A stretch of 62,901 nucleotides of DNA, counting the filler, from Octopus bimaculoides (taxonomy: Eukaryota): the NCBI RefSeq assembly GCF_001194135.2. It is 5 parts of 4 records of this genome, joined end to end, with 100 filler letters (N's around TTAATTAATTAA, not from the genome) between each part and the next. Parts side by side here need not be neighbours in the genome. Positions count along the whole stretch, not along the records: positions 39,276 to 56,442 come from NC_068987.1; positions 56,543 to 62,901 come from NC_068999.1; 3 more parts are not named here. One strand, given 5' to 3'. The notes beneath the pieces were generated by a model. The model was not told where the DNA came from. It saw nothing but the letters and a program-made list of their open reading frames with translations, and searched no databases. Of the stretch, positions 50,481 through 62,901 are shown piece after piece. The position numbers and the translations under genes are program-made. Each line of letters opens with the position of its first letter. Positions within the stretch are counted from its first letter, which is position 1.

Positions 50481-50964
50481 CAGAGTGTCCCAGAATTAAT
50501 TATCTATTACAGTGCAATTGGGCAATTTTTTTAAAGACTCCTTTTTTATTCCTGTTTATCATGTTCAATATGTGTTAAAGTGTATAAATTATTAATTTTG
50601 TTTATATAATTTTTATATATTTTATACTGCTTTCATAATTTAATTTTCATTCCTGTCAGGTCTTTTTCAATTTGGCTGCAATCATTTTCTCTACCTCCAT
50701 ATCAAGGATGGAGCAATAGTTCAGCTGAACACATTTAGTTAGCAGTGCAGGAGATAACTCCTGAAATGCTTCAAAATGTGTTTTGTAACACTAAGGATAA
50801 ATTTGAAACTTGCAGGGATAAAGACGGACCAAAAGTTTTGAGGCAAGATTTATAAATCTATTTGTTTTGATATCATAACTAAATAACAAATATAAAATTC
50901 TGTCAGTTTCTTTTAAAATTTGGCCGATTTCATTGAAATAGATAAATATTTCTGGGACACTTTG
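50481..50964. mobile_element. Tc1/mariner-type MITE (484 bp)
   Basis: 26-bp imperfect TIRs (CAGAGTGTCCCAGAATTAATTATCTA at 50481-50506 vs 50939-50964); TA on the right. Confidence 0.75.
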
Positions 50965-52217
50965 TATATATAGATATGACTGGGTGTGCAGGGTTTAAAC
51001 TGTATTGATGGCAATTCAAGAATATATTTTTTTCTATAAAGAATTTTACCTACTAAATGTGATGTACTCCCACATACATAATATGTGTGTGTGTTTGTGC
51101 ATGTAATAGATTTAATGAAATAGTTATGAATATGTAAGTGAAATGTAAGTTATTAATAGCAGATTCATTCAAAGACTTAAAAGACAATGTGGTTTCAAAT
51201 TTTGGCATAAGGCCAGGTATTTTAAGGGGAGTGGGTAAATTGAAAACCTTAAATCGAAGGACAGATTCCAAATACATATGATAAATAACCATATATGAAA
51301 TATAAATCAATTAATACATTAAAATTAAAAATTTTCATGCTATATTACATAAATATTTTTTCAGCAGTATATATGCAAACTAGACCATCTATAATATACA
51401 TATATACACCAAAATACACAGATGCATGTACATAGTTATATATATATTTAGACATACGTATATAAGACATAAATATATACACAAATACACACATATACAA
51501 ATATGTATGCATACATGCACGTGTACAAATTCTCTTGGTGTATACATATACATGTAAGACAAATATATACACAAATACACATATACATATACAGGACAGT
51601 TATTACTGACAAGAGAAATAGGAAGTATACCTTAAGCGTAGGGAGGAGGGAGAGAAAAAGATGTTTTCAAGAAACAACTTGACCTCTTGCTATCCAAGAT
51701 TCCAGATGAACCAATATCAAGGCAGGAAACTAAAATGATGGCAGCAGTGTTGAACAGCCTCCTTCACCAAAAGCCAATCACATACGATTGGTCAATTAAA
51801 AGGTGATTACACTGATGATACCCCAGCATGACCACAGCCTTAGGGCTGAAACATATAAAAGAATACACATGCTGGGGCCATTCAAAAAGCACCCAGTACA
51901 CTTTGTGGAGTGTTTGGTGTTAGAAAGGGTGTCCAGCAGAAGAAACCATGACAGAGGACACATCCTACATGGAAAACAGACGTTAAATGATGATGATGAT
52001 GATGATGATGATGTCAACTATAGACACAAGGCCTGAAATCTTGTTACCTGAGCCCCAGTGCTCAACTGGTACTTAAAGAGCTGGAAGAAATGCTGCTAAG
52101 CATCTTGCCTGGCATGCTAATGAATTTGCAGCTCAACACATTATTAATTATTATAATGATGCAGATGATGATGATGGTGATGAGGATGATAATTATAATA
52201 AAAATAGTAATACATAC

Positions 52218-52430
52218 TTTTGAAATCATCAAGAGGGGGTTCATCGAAGTCAGACATGTCGTCATCACTAAGACTGTTTACTGAACTACAATTATCAATA
52301 TCTTTGCAAAGGTTTGGGATTTTAGTACCCCATATGTCATGGGTCAGCTTTTCCTCTTCTTCATCACTATCATTCTCTTCTTCATCATCCTCATATTTGA
52401 AGGCTTTGCTTTCGGATCCATACACAGGGT
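52218..52430 (-). CDS. EIF2B5: eIF2B epsilon exon (first visible exon, 213 bp), acidic linker before W2
   Basis: CATATGTTTACAG acceptor and AAAA|GTATGT donor. It encodes (D)[34 protein letters not shown]...DEPPLDDFK(M); the split codon A+TG joins the next exon in frame ([10 protein letters not shown], compare DDIKVF.NEV). Confidence 0.85.
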
Positions 52431-52446
52431 CTGTAAACATATGAAA

Positions 52447-52513
<67 letters not shown>

Positions 52514-52559
52514 CATATATATATATTTATACATATATATATATATTTATACATATACA

Positions 52560-52805
52560 TATAAAAAAGCACCATTTGAACACGGTCAATGCCAGTGCGG
52601 GCTGACTGGACCCATGCCAGTGACACGTAAAAAGCACCCACTACACTATTGGAGCGGTTGGCGTTAAGAAGGGCATCCAGCCGAAGAAACTTTGCCAGAT
52701 CAGATTTGAGCCTGGTGCAGCCTTCTGACTTGCCAGCCCTCTGTCAAACCATCCAACCCATGCCAGCATGGAAAGCAGATGTTAAACGACAATGATGATG
52801 ATGAT
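52560..52805 (+). mobile_element. RTE-type 3' tail
   Basis: GCACCCACTACACT..GAAGGGCATCCAGC..CCAACCCATGCCAGCATGGAAAGCAGATGTTAAACGAC, followed by GAT repeats. Confidence 0.8.
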
Positions 52806-53614
52806 ATTTATACATATATATACATATATATATGGACATGTGAGTATGTATGTATATATATATATATATCCGTATATATATAAGAGAAGATGTATGTGTG
52901 TGTGTGTGTAAGTGAATGTACTTTATGCACGTCCAGAAATTAGCACGCATGTTGCTCCAATTTTAGGAGGAGATTCGTCATGACCCTATCTGCATTTCCG
53001 TCAACTTTTTCTCTCAGAGGTACCCGCGTATAGCTGTAAAAATCGATAAACTTTTAACAATTTTGAAATTTGTTGACATGGCGAAGTCAAATCTGTGCGT
53101 ATGTGCGTGAAGGAGAGAGAGAGAGGGGGAGAGACAGAGACAGACAGACAGAAATAGTGTGTTTGTGACAAGGGGAGATACAGTGTTTGCTATCGTCTAA
53201 CAAAAAAACAAAAAAAACGAAAAAGTGGGAAAGGGAGACAGAAAGCAAAGAAAATTTTTCTAACCAAGACAGAGTTTGTTTGCCTGTGTCTAACAAAAGA
53301 AAAAAAGAATGAAAAAGTGGAAGAGGGACACAGAAAGGAAAGCGTATTACAAAAGAAAATGTAGGTAAGGAAGACAGAGTAAGTGTAAAATGCATTTTAA
53401 ATCATTTATTTATTTTAAATCGTTCATCGTTCTCCCCCCTCTCACTCTTACACACACGCACCTATACTATGGGAGCGAAAGAGTTTTGTTTATATTTCAC
53501 AACTATGAAACAAAAACCTATGTAACAATTTGTCAGTCACCCCCCGCCAACCCGTTTTTTGGACCACAAAAAGGGTTTGGTAATTTTTCAGATTAACACA
53601 CGCATGATTTCCAC

Positions 53615-53770
53615 TAGGGTGTTACGGTTAGGGTTTTAGGGTTAGGGTTTTACAGTTAGGATTAGGGTTAGGGTTAAGGTTAGTGTTAGGATTAGGATTA
53701 GGATTATGGTTGGTGTTAGGGTTACGGTTTTAGGGTCAGGGTTAGGGTTAGGGTTTAGGGTTAGAGTTAA
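53615..53770 (+). repeat. Interstitial degenerate (TTAGGG)n array
   Basis: About ten exact TTAGGG units interspersed with TTAGGA, TTACGG, TCAGGG and TTAGAG variants. Confidence 0.85.
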
Positions 53771-54099
53771 CCGAGAAGGGACAGGCCCCTTATTTTATGG
53801 TTAAGGCTGTTGGTAAGTTTTCTTAAGTTACTCAAATCCAGATCCCCAATGCAAACCTTCAGATCAACCTTCTCCTATGCAGATCTCTAATGCAACTTTA
53901 AAAAAAGAACAGACAATGAGTGGAAATAACCAATAAACTGATTCCTTATCGGATTTCCCAATCAAATTGCCAGCAAACCATTTTCAGCCAAATCAATTTC
54001 AACCGATATCGCTCAAATCTGATGTCGATGTTACTTATTTTGGTTTGAAGTAAAGCACTTGATCACTTAATAATCCTAGCTTAATCCTGGGCAGCGCCG

Positions 54100-54161
54100 G
54101 GCTATATTGCTTGTATAAATATATATATGGACATGTGTGAATGTATGTATATATATATATA

Positions 54162-54235
<74 letters not shown>

Positions 54236-54292
54236 TATGGACATGTGTGCATGTATATATATATACATATATATACGTATATATATATGTAC

Positions 54293-54327
<35 letters not shown>

Positions 54328-54449
54328 CACATAATTATATACATATATATATACACATAATTATATACATATATACACACACACATATATATACATACAT
54401 ATATATATACATATATATACATACATATATATATACATATATATACATA

Positions 54450-54498
<49 letters not shown>

Positions 54499-55190
54499 CA
54501 TATATATATATATATACATATATATACATACATATACATGCATATATATACATATACATATATATGTACATATATATATATATGCATATATATATATATA
54601 TATACATATATATAATAATATTAGGGACAAAATCCNNNNNNNNNNNNNNNNNNNNNNNNNNNNNNNNNNNNNNNNNNNNNNNNNNNNNNNNNNNNNNNNN
54701 NNNNNNNNNNNNNNNNNNNNNNNNNNNNNNNNNNNATATATATATATATATATACATACATGTATATATATATATATTTATATATGTAAATATACATATA
54801 TATATATACATACACAATCCCCACACAACCTACGCACACACAAATTCACATACACAACATATACATACACGCACATACACATACACACAAAAAATACACA
54901 TGCACACACAGGTACATACTCACATATAGCCATGCACACACAAATGAAACCACACACCTCCCATATACACACACTACACACTCATACATACAAACACAAT
55001 TATACATACATGTACACACACATACAAGCACACACACAGAGTAAAGTACAATTACTCCAAAGACACAACTTCACGCGTACACAAGTACCAATACATACAT
55101 ACATATACAGAAATGCACAATGGAAACAAAACACACACACACACACTACAGATACATATACGCACACACACACACACTTCAAACTACCAG
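54100..55190. repeat. (TA)n/(TACA)n/(CA)n compound microsatellite field
   Basis: Directly visible. Confidence 0.95.
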
Positions 55191-55471
55191 TACCTTTCTA
55201 TTGACCATTCTCCTATGCACGTGTGTGGGAAGACACCCAATAGGCAGCTACTCCTAACAAAATTCTTACTATAAATTCTTCCTATGACTTTAAACAATAC
55301 TATATCCAACCACACACATACATAAACAGCCACAACTACACACACACACACACACACGTGCTATCATTACACACACACACACACATACATCCTTTCCCTT
55401 CCGGTCATTCCAATATGTGACTGCGTGTGCGATTTTCTTTCTCTGTCCTCCCTTCTTTGCACTTTTCCTAT

Positions 55472-55506
55472 ATTTCTGACGAAGAGCTCCGCTGGAAATG
55501 TGAAAT
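55472..55506 (+). ncRNA. Second degenerate minimal hammerhead-like motif in a PLE-type tail
   Basis: ATTT-CTGACGA-A-GAGC(TCC)GCTG-GAAAT-GTG-AAAT. The CUGACGA core and stem I (ATTT/AAAT) are intact; the stem II closing pair and the cleavage triplet are mutated. Confidence 0.5.
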
Positions 55507-55945
55507 CCTCTTTCTTTTCTTTCCTTTCCTGAGTGTCCAATAACACTGTACTTATTCCATGTCCTCGCGTTGTTGTTTTTTCATGTCTTTTCTTCCTTGT
55601 TCATGTTTGAATTGACTATACATGTATGTATATACACACACATATATATATATATATACACACATACATATATACAGATATATACACGCATACATATAAA
55701 TATACACACACATATATATACACACAAATTTAAATATACATATATACACACAGCTATATACATACACATATATAAATATATACACACACGCATATATACA
55801 CAAATGTATAGACATACGTGTATATGCACAAACATATATATATAAATATATGTACATATATACCCACACATATATATATACACATATACATAGATATATA
55901 TATATATGCACATACATATAGACATATATATATATATATATGTAA

Positions 55946-56400
55946 ATTTGACGACTGGCACCCATGCCAACGTCGTCTCCTCCATTGGACACGAAACTCA
56001 GCTTGTGAAGACTTATTTGACGACTGGCACCCATGCCAACGTCGTCTCCTTCATTGGACATGAAACTCAGCTTGCGAAAACTTATTGGGGCAAGCAAAAG
56101 CGTAATCGTGATGGCATCTGTGCCCAGCGTCGCCTTTTCGGCACTTGTGCCCGCGGCATGTGTATGGACTTTCGAGAGAGATCGTTGCCAGTGCCCCTGG
56201 ACTGGCTCTTGTGTGGGTGGCACATAAAATACACCATTTTGAGCGTGGCCATTGCCAGTACCGCCTGACTGGCCTTCGTGCCGGTGACACGTAAAAGCAC
56301 CCACTACAATCTCTGAGTGGTTGGCGTTAGGAAGGGCATCCAGCTGTAGAAACTCTGCCAATTGGAAATATGCTGTGCGTGAAAAGACCCGGCAAGCCAA
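55946..56400 (+). mobile_element. RTE-type 3' UTR with a 69-bp tandem duplication at its start
   Basis: 55946-56014 approximately equals 56015-56083. Downstream are the unit array and GCACCCACTACA..GGAAGGGCATCCAGCTGTAGAAAC. Confidence 0.75.
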
Positions 56401-56442
56401 GTGAGACCTGAATCTAAGGCCTCAGCCAGTCCACTTATGCGT

Positions 56443-56542
56443 NNNNNNNNNNNNNNNNNNNNNNNNNNNNNNNNNNNNNNNNNNNNTTAATTAATTAANN
56501 NNNNNNNNNNNNNNNNNNNNNNNNNNNNNNNNNNNNNNNNNN
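56443..56542. other. Artificial scaffold-joining spacer
   Basis: 44 N + TTAATTAATTAA (56487-56498) + 44 N. Confidence 0.95.
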
Positions 56543-56559
56543 AATTCTATATGTGCGCG

Positions 56560-56610
<51 letters not shown>

Positions 56611-59600
56611 TACACACACACAAACATATAATTATATATATCCATCAATATGTAGACTAAGTGTGCGTTTGTTTTGTATACATATATATATAGATGTGTG
56701 TGAATGTGTGGGTGTGTGTGTATTAAACTGTGTATGTGATATAATGATATTCGTTATAACGACGTTTTCTTGCGGTATTTAGTTGCGGCCCTTTACATCC
56801 ACTGTTCAAATCATGCCGAAATCTATTTTTTATTCGTTTTATATTCAACTTGTTATAATAAGAGAAAATACCTGACTTGAGATGGTTAGAATTTTATCGA
56901 CTATTTTGCAATATCTGAAATCAATATATACAATCTATTCGTTTGTGTATTCTAAATCGCTTCATTATTACTTCGTCTTAAATACAGTTATACAGGGAGA
57001 TCACTCTAGCTGTCTCGCTTTCCGTTTTATCAGCTTCGTATGTTCTGAGAGCGATATGTTAAGCGATAAACAGCGAGCTATATTTTATATATAGATGTTC
57101 AGTTTAGCAGTCAGAAAGATGCAGATTAACAAACTCGTGTTGTTGAAGAAATGGTAACGTAACACTTATGCGGTTAGGGTAGTAAGCGTTCTGGAATAGT
57201 TATATTGCTACTATTGTTGGTAGCGATGGTGCGATTTAGAGAGACAGAATTTCAAAGTTCAGCTGCCCAGGTTCCAGATATATAGTCATTTTAGAGTAGG
57301 AGTTGACACATCGCATCTTCTATTTTATTTCCCAGCAGCGTATATGGCATATATATACGCAGCTGGGTACATAGGAAAACATAGGCAATTTGAAAGTTTG
57401 AAGGTGCCCGTAGGCGAATTATTATAAACACTCTATTCCTCTTTTAAATTTTGCCTTTTAGCCGAATTTCTCGTTTGTATCTGAGGGCGGTTTTATTACT
57501 TCCCCATTGTTAGATAGTTTGAAATATATTTGGTTATCTTAATCAAATCTATGAAGTAGCTTTAACTATTTTTTCAGCAAAATTTTACATTACTTGTTCG
57601 AAAGGCTTTTAACAGTCATTAAGTAATTTATTATATATATATAATATATACATAATCACATGTATATATGCACATACACATGCACACATATACACTTGAC
57701 ACATACATATATATGTGAATATATATAAAAGATATACATATATATGTATTCTTTGTGTCTATATAAATGTGTGTATATGTGTAGATGTATAAAATATATA
57801 AATACGTCCATAAATCTATACATATGTGTGTTAATTAGTTTATGTGTGTATGTGCATGTAATTCTTTACGTATATCTACAAAGAATGTATTCACACACTC
57901 ATACGCAGTCACACTCACGCACATAAATGTATTTACACATATATATGTATATAAACATATACATACTTATGCATATATATGTGTATGTGCTTGTGTGCGT
58001 ATATATTTACATACATACTTACACCATATATGTACACAGAATTAAATGAAATATTTTTTTTTAGATGTATGCAACGTGATGTGGTTTGCTAAATAGCGAT
58101 ATCAAATTAGCACAAATTGACTAAATTAAGGGATTGTAAAGACAGAGAAATCTGTTATGGCACCAATGAAACTCTATCAATGAAAAGACATAACGAAAGC
58201 AATAAATATAATTTTTAACCGCGTGATCGATCTTATCCGATTAAGCTAACAATATAACCGGGAGGATTATGTTGTTTTACCTATAGTGTTGATATGGCTT
58301 TATTGTTGCTATTTTTTCTTTATCCCAGAGATTATCCTCACTGAGATGACTTACAATAAACGACATTTCCAGCAAAACAATTCCCTTTTTCTTTTCTAGA
58401 CATAATTTGCTCCAGACATAAACTTTATGTTCTTCTTCTAATTCAGGCGCTACTTTGTGATTTCGAGTAGAATTAGTTGCTATTTATTACAGTTGTAGCA
58501 ATCATCTAGATTCATCGGATTTTAAGTTGTGAAGTACAGGCATATCATGATATAGTCCTGTTATAATTTCACTTCGAAAATAAGTTTCAGTAATGGACTC
58601 CGAACGGAATAGTGCATTGGCCTTAAGTAGTTTCATCGAAGCGCCTGAGTGACGCAAGTGAGCCACATGTAGCTCTTCTAACCTATCGTTCGGTCGATGC
58701 TAGATTTGCGAATGAAATGATGGGGAACGATCTGGGTAGCACGTTACCCATGTATATTTCAACCATAAGATTTTGTCAGCTTGGTAATTATCAATGAAAT
58801 TATGGGCCCCGAACTGGGTACAACACTGGCTACGTGTAGTTCTGCATTACTGTTGTATCATCCCACTTATTGCGAATAGAATAATGAACGCCGAAAAGGG
58901 TGGTACTTTGGTTATATACATTTCCAGCATAATATTGGGTTGACATAACCTGCTTGGAATCCTGCCATATAGAGTGGAGCAAACTTTTGATTTCAAAGAG
59001 CTATAGTTATCATAGATATTGTTTCGCAGACTCTCACAGAGGGTTACATGAAGGATAGAGATACGACAGAAACACTAATATATATATATACATATATATA
59101 NNNNNNNNNNNNNNNNNNNNNNNNNNNNNNNNNNNNNNNNNNNNNNNNNNNNNNNNNNNNNNNNNNNNNNNNNNNNNNNNNNNNNNNNNNNNNNNNNNNN
59201 NTATATACTAAATACGATTATAAAGAATGCAGAGAGTGATACGTCATAAAATAGTTTCTTTTAATTTTACGATTGGTCATACAGCATAATTATTTATTTA
59301 CATTGACCGACACCCGTTTCTGTTGCACAGACTGTTTTGCAGTTGCACACAAAAAGATTGATGATATATATCTGCGTATTCTGTATAATCGTTTGAAATG
59401 TACACTCCTGATGCTATTCACAATCCAGTGAAGTAAACCTGGTGTTATCTATCGGAAGAATTACAGCGAGGTTGCTAATACTGAACGATTATTGACACTT
59501 GGTACGACTTGATGCGGTTAGCCATAAGCTGGAATATGCTGCAATATACCAGAGAGCTTACACTGTACCCGCCTAGATAATTTTATCACCATACAATTAT

Positions 59601-59616
59601 ATATGCATACACACAC

Positions 59617-59669
<53 letters not shown>

Positions 59670-59674
<5 letters not shown>

Positions 59675-60407
59675 GCGACTCCAGATCATCAGCGTCACTC
59701 GGGCTCCTCCCATATTTCGCATAAGACACATGCCTGCTCATAGTATTTTACATTTTTCCATTTTATTTCTAGCCCCAAATGGCTTATTTTTAAAAATCTA
59801 GCACTATGTGTCTCTCCATTTTTTAAGTTAAGGGTAAATACAAAGTAGCTATGCAAAGCACAACTGGTCTTTACGCACAGACGCACAGGATAACAGCAAT
59901 CAAATAACGACAGTGGAGTGCACAACAAACATCAGCGATTTGTCTCATGCCAGCTAGGCTCGTTCGTATTAGCCCGAGTTGCTCTATAATTTTTCGTCCT
60001 TTAAGAATATTGTAGAAAGGAAACTTTTCATACACTGGAATTTAAATCCTATTCTCTGTAGTAATTTATTGTTTCAAGAAAAACATTGAATTTGAATTAC
60101 TTTTCATTTTTATGATTATGGATAACAATTCGGGGGCTGTAACTTCTGAGCCCGAGTCAGGCGCGTGTAAACGAGAGAACGTCTGCTACGAATGATAATT
60201 TTTGACACAGGGTACCTCTAAGACGATCGTCAGTTGCTGAACAAAAATAAATGAAATGCGACTAGGTTCAATAAAAGGAGCCCGAGTGATTGGCTGCAAT
60301 TACATACTTGGAATCAGTGTTGGAAGAAATTAAATCAGATTGCAAATACACGTTCACTTTGCTAAATTTATTCTCGGGCTAAGCCCGAACAGCCCAAGTT
60401 GCCACTG
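59670..60407. mobile_element. Putative non-autonomous hAT-like element in a (TA)n tract
   Basis: Termini CAGAGGCGACT / CAGTGGCAACT (inverted, 9 of 11 matching). The GCCCGAG/CTCGGGC motif recurs internally, and (TA)n lies on both sides. Confidence 0.55.
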
Positions 60408-60460
<53 letters not shown>

Positions 60461-62072
60461 ATGGAATTAGCAGTTTAGGTGAACGAAGACAGCACGAACA
60501 CTTATCCTAGCTAGAAATCGATGCTAGTTGAGAATGGCCAAGTTTAGAGATCTTCACACCATTTTATTGACTAGCAGACATCAAGATGTTATTATACAGC
60601 TGGTAACAAGATAACGGAGGTGTCGATGATATGTGAGATGTAGCTGCTTATCTTGTTATTTGCTGGTGCTTAATGAGCATGTCATGTTTTCAACGTTTAG
60701 AAAACGGTTCGGGAGTTAAATAACAGATATCTCAGCTGGTATATTGAGGCCTATAGTGCATGTGATGTGAGAGTGTTGTTGTGGTTATTGCTCTCGTTGT
60801 CGATGTCCTTGTTGTAGCTTTTGTTGAAGTGGTGGTGGCGTAGGTGGTGAGGATGAATGATGGGGGAGGGGAGGGGCATAGGTGATGATTTGTTTCATTT
60901 GATAGTAATGATAGTGGAGACAGAAATGGTGAGGGTGGTGCTGGTGATATTGTCGTTGTGGTAGTGGTGGTGGTGTTTGGTGGTGGTGGTTGTAGATTGA
61001 CGTGTTGCTGGTGATGGAAGTAAATTTCTTATATATTTGTCGTTTCCAATGGTTTGGCATGGTTGGATGTTCAGAAAAGATACTGGGAATGTTAGTAAAG
61101 ATAACAACGGTGACCGTGATGACCGACCTCAGCAGAATGTTTAGCTCTGAACATAAAGCAGGAAAACATGCAACCAAAAGTTTCGGCCCGTGAGCTAACG
61201 ATTTCGAGATATATATATGTATATATATATGGACACACATATATAAATACATACACACACACGCACCCACACAAACACACACACACACNNNNNNNNNNNN
61301 NNNNNNNNNNNNNNNNNNNNNNNNNNNNNNNNNNNNNNNNNNNNNNNNNNNNNNNNNNNNNNNNNNNNNNNNNNNNNNNNNNNNNNNNNNNNNNNNNNNN
61401 NNNNNNNNNNNNNNNNNNNNNNNNNNNNNNNNNNNNNNNNNNNNNNNNNNNNNNNNNNNNNNNNNNNNNNNNNNNNNNNNNNNNNNNNNNNNNNNNNNNN
61501 NNNNNNNNNNNNNNNNNNNNNNNNNNNNNNNNNNNNNNNNNNNNNNNNNNNNNNNNNNNNNNNNNNNNNNNNNNNNNNNNNNNNNNNNNNNNNNNNNNNN
61601 NNNNNNNNNNNNNNNNNNNNNNNNNNNNNNNNNNNNNNNNNNNNNNNNNNNNNNNNNNNNNNNNNNNNNNNNNNNNNNNNNNNNNNNNNNNNNNNNNNNN
61701 NNNNNNNNNNNNNNNNNNNNNNNNNNNNNNNNNNNNNNNNNNNNNNNNNNNNNNNNNNNNNNNNNNNNNNNNNNNNNNNNNNNNNNNNNNNNNNNNNNNN
61801 NNNNNNNNNNNNNNNNNNNNNNNNNNNNNNNNNNNNNNNNNNNNNNNNNNNNNNNNNNNNNNNNNNNNNNNNNNNNNNNNNNNNNNNNNNNNNNNNNNNN
61901 NNNNNNNNNNNNNNNNNNNNNNNNNNNNNNNNNNNNNNNNNNNNNNNNNNNNNNNNNNNNNNNNNNNNNNNNNNNNNNNNNNNNNNNNNNNNNNNNNNNN
62001 NNNNNNNNNNNNNNNNNNNNNNNNNNNNNNNNNNNNNNNNNNNNNNNNNNNNNNNNNNNNNNNNNNNNNNNN

Positions 62073-62112
<40 letters not shown>

Positions 62113-62203
62113 GTAAGAACGTATATACATACATATACATGCGCTTATGTTTATTCATATGTGTGTATGTGTATATATATACATACACACACACGCACCC
62201 ACA

Positions 62204-62243
<40 letters not shown>

Positions 62244-62519
62244 ATAAAATTCTCTCAGAGATTTCTTTTCTTTAAGTTCATATTCGCTTTTTTGGCTGTG
62301 TTGATGACGCCAGTTTGACGTAGAAACACAAGTCCGAACCTTATCGAATTTGTCAGTAGAAAAAAATGTAATTATTTCTTACTGAATTGCATCTCAGTTT
62401 TAGGAAACTATAAGCATTGAAATTATTTCTCCTTCATGTTTGGAGTTGGTACAAGCTATCACCATGTGATTGGCTTACCATTTCTGCAAGTGGAGACATC
62501 TTCAGAAAATTAAGCAAAC

Positions 62520-62901
62520 GAGTGGTTGTGTGGTAAATAGCTTGCCTACCAACCACATGGTTCCGGCTCAGTCTCATTTCGTGGCACCTTGCACAAGTGT
62601 CTTCTACTATAACTTCGGGTCAATCAAAGCCTTTTGAGTGGATTTGGTAGACGGAAATTGAAAGAAGCCCGTCGTATATACATATATGTGTATGTTTGTG
62701 TGTCTATATTTGTCCCTGCACCACCGATCGATAACCGGTGTTGGTGTGTTTACGTCCCTGTAACCTAGCAGTTCGGCAAAAGCAGGCCGATAGAATAAGT
62801 ACTAGGCTTACAAAGAATAATTCAGGGGCTCGAATTGTTCGACTAAAGGCGGTTCTCCAGCATGGCCGTAGTCAAATGATTGAAATAAATATAAATTAAA
62901 A
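62520..62901 (+). mobile_element. Near full-length tRNA-derived SINE
   Basis: The head matches 425-530. The body and tail (GAAAGAAGCCCGTCGTATA..GTGTTTACGTCCC..AGAATAAGTACTAGGCTTACAAAGAATAA..CAGCATGGCC..TCAAATGATTGAAA) match the tail copies at 12820, 38878 and 46910. Confidence 0.85.

Noticed and set aside
14902-52430. ZNF-transposon-EIF2B5 neighbourhood as a functional cluster
   Set aside because: The parts lie on different segments separated by artificial linkers.

Overview
This is repeat-rich, AT-rich metazoan genomic DNA. It is most likely from an octopus or other coleoid cephalopod, which I infer from the [16 protein letters not shown]-type zinc-finger array, the tRNA-derived SINE families and the dense TA/CA microsatellites. 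The window is not one natural locus. Four identical 100-bp spacers (44 N + TTAATTAATTAA + 44 N) split it into five joined segments: 1-14785, 14886-23867, 23968-39175, 39276-56442 and 56543-62901. Host genes I can support are (i) a 26-finger C2H2 zinc-finger ORF at 14902-17190 with an internal 7-finger duplication, followed by decayed fingers, and (ii) three minus-strand exons of eIF2B epsilon (EIF2B5; 52430-52218, 50429-50339, 48163-48043), which splice in frame but are not assembled by the ORF track. The rest is mostly transposon debris: Tigger, mariner, Tc1/Tc3, hAT, MITEs, Penelope-like elements, R4/Dong-like RLE LINEs, Tx1/L1, RTE and SINEs. I did not find a clearly new biological system. 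The best leads are two decayed minimal hammerhead-ribozyme motifs in Penelope-type tails and recognition-helix-focused divergence in the duplicated zinc-finger block. All alignments and counts were done by eye; no searches were run.
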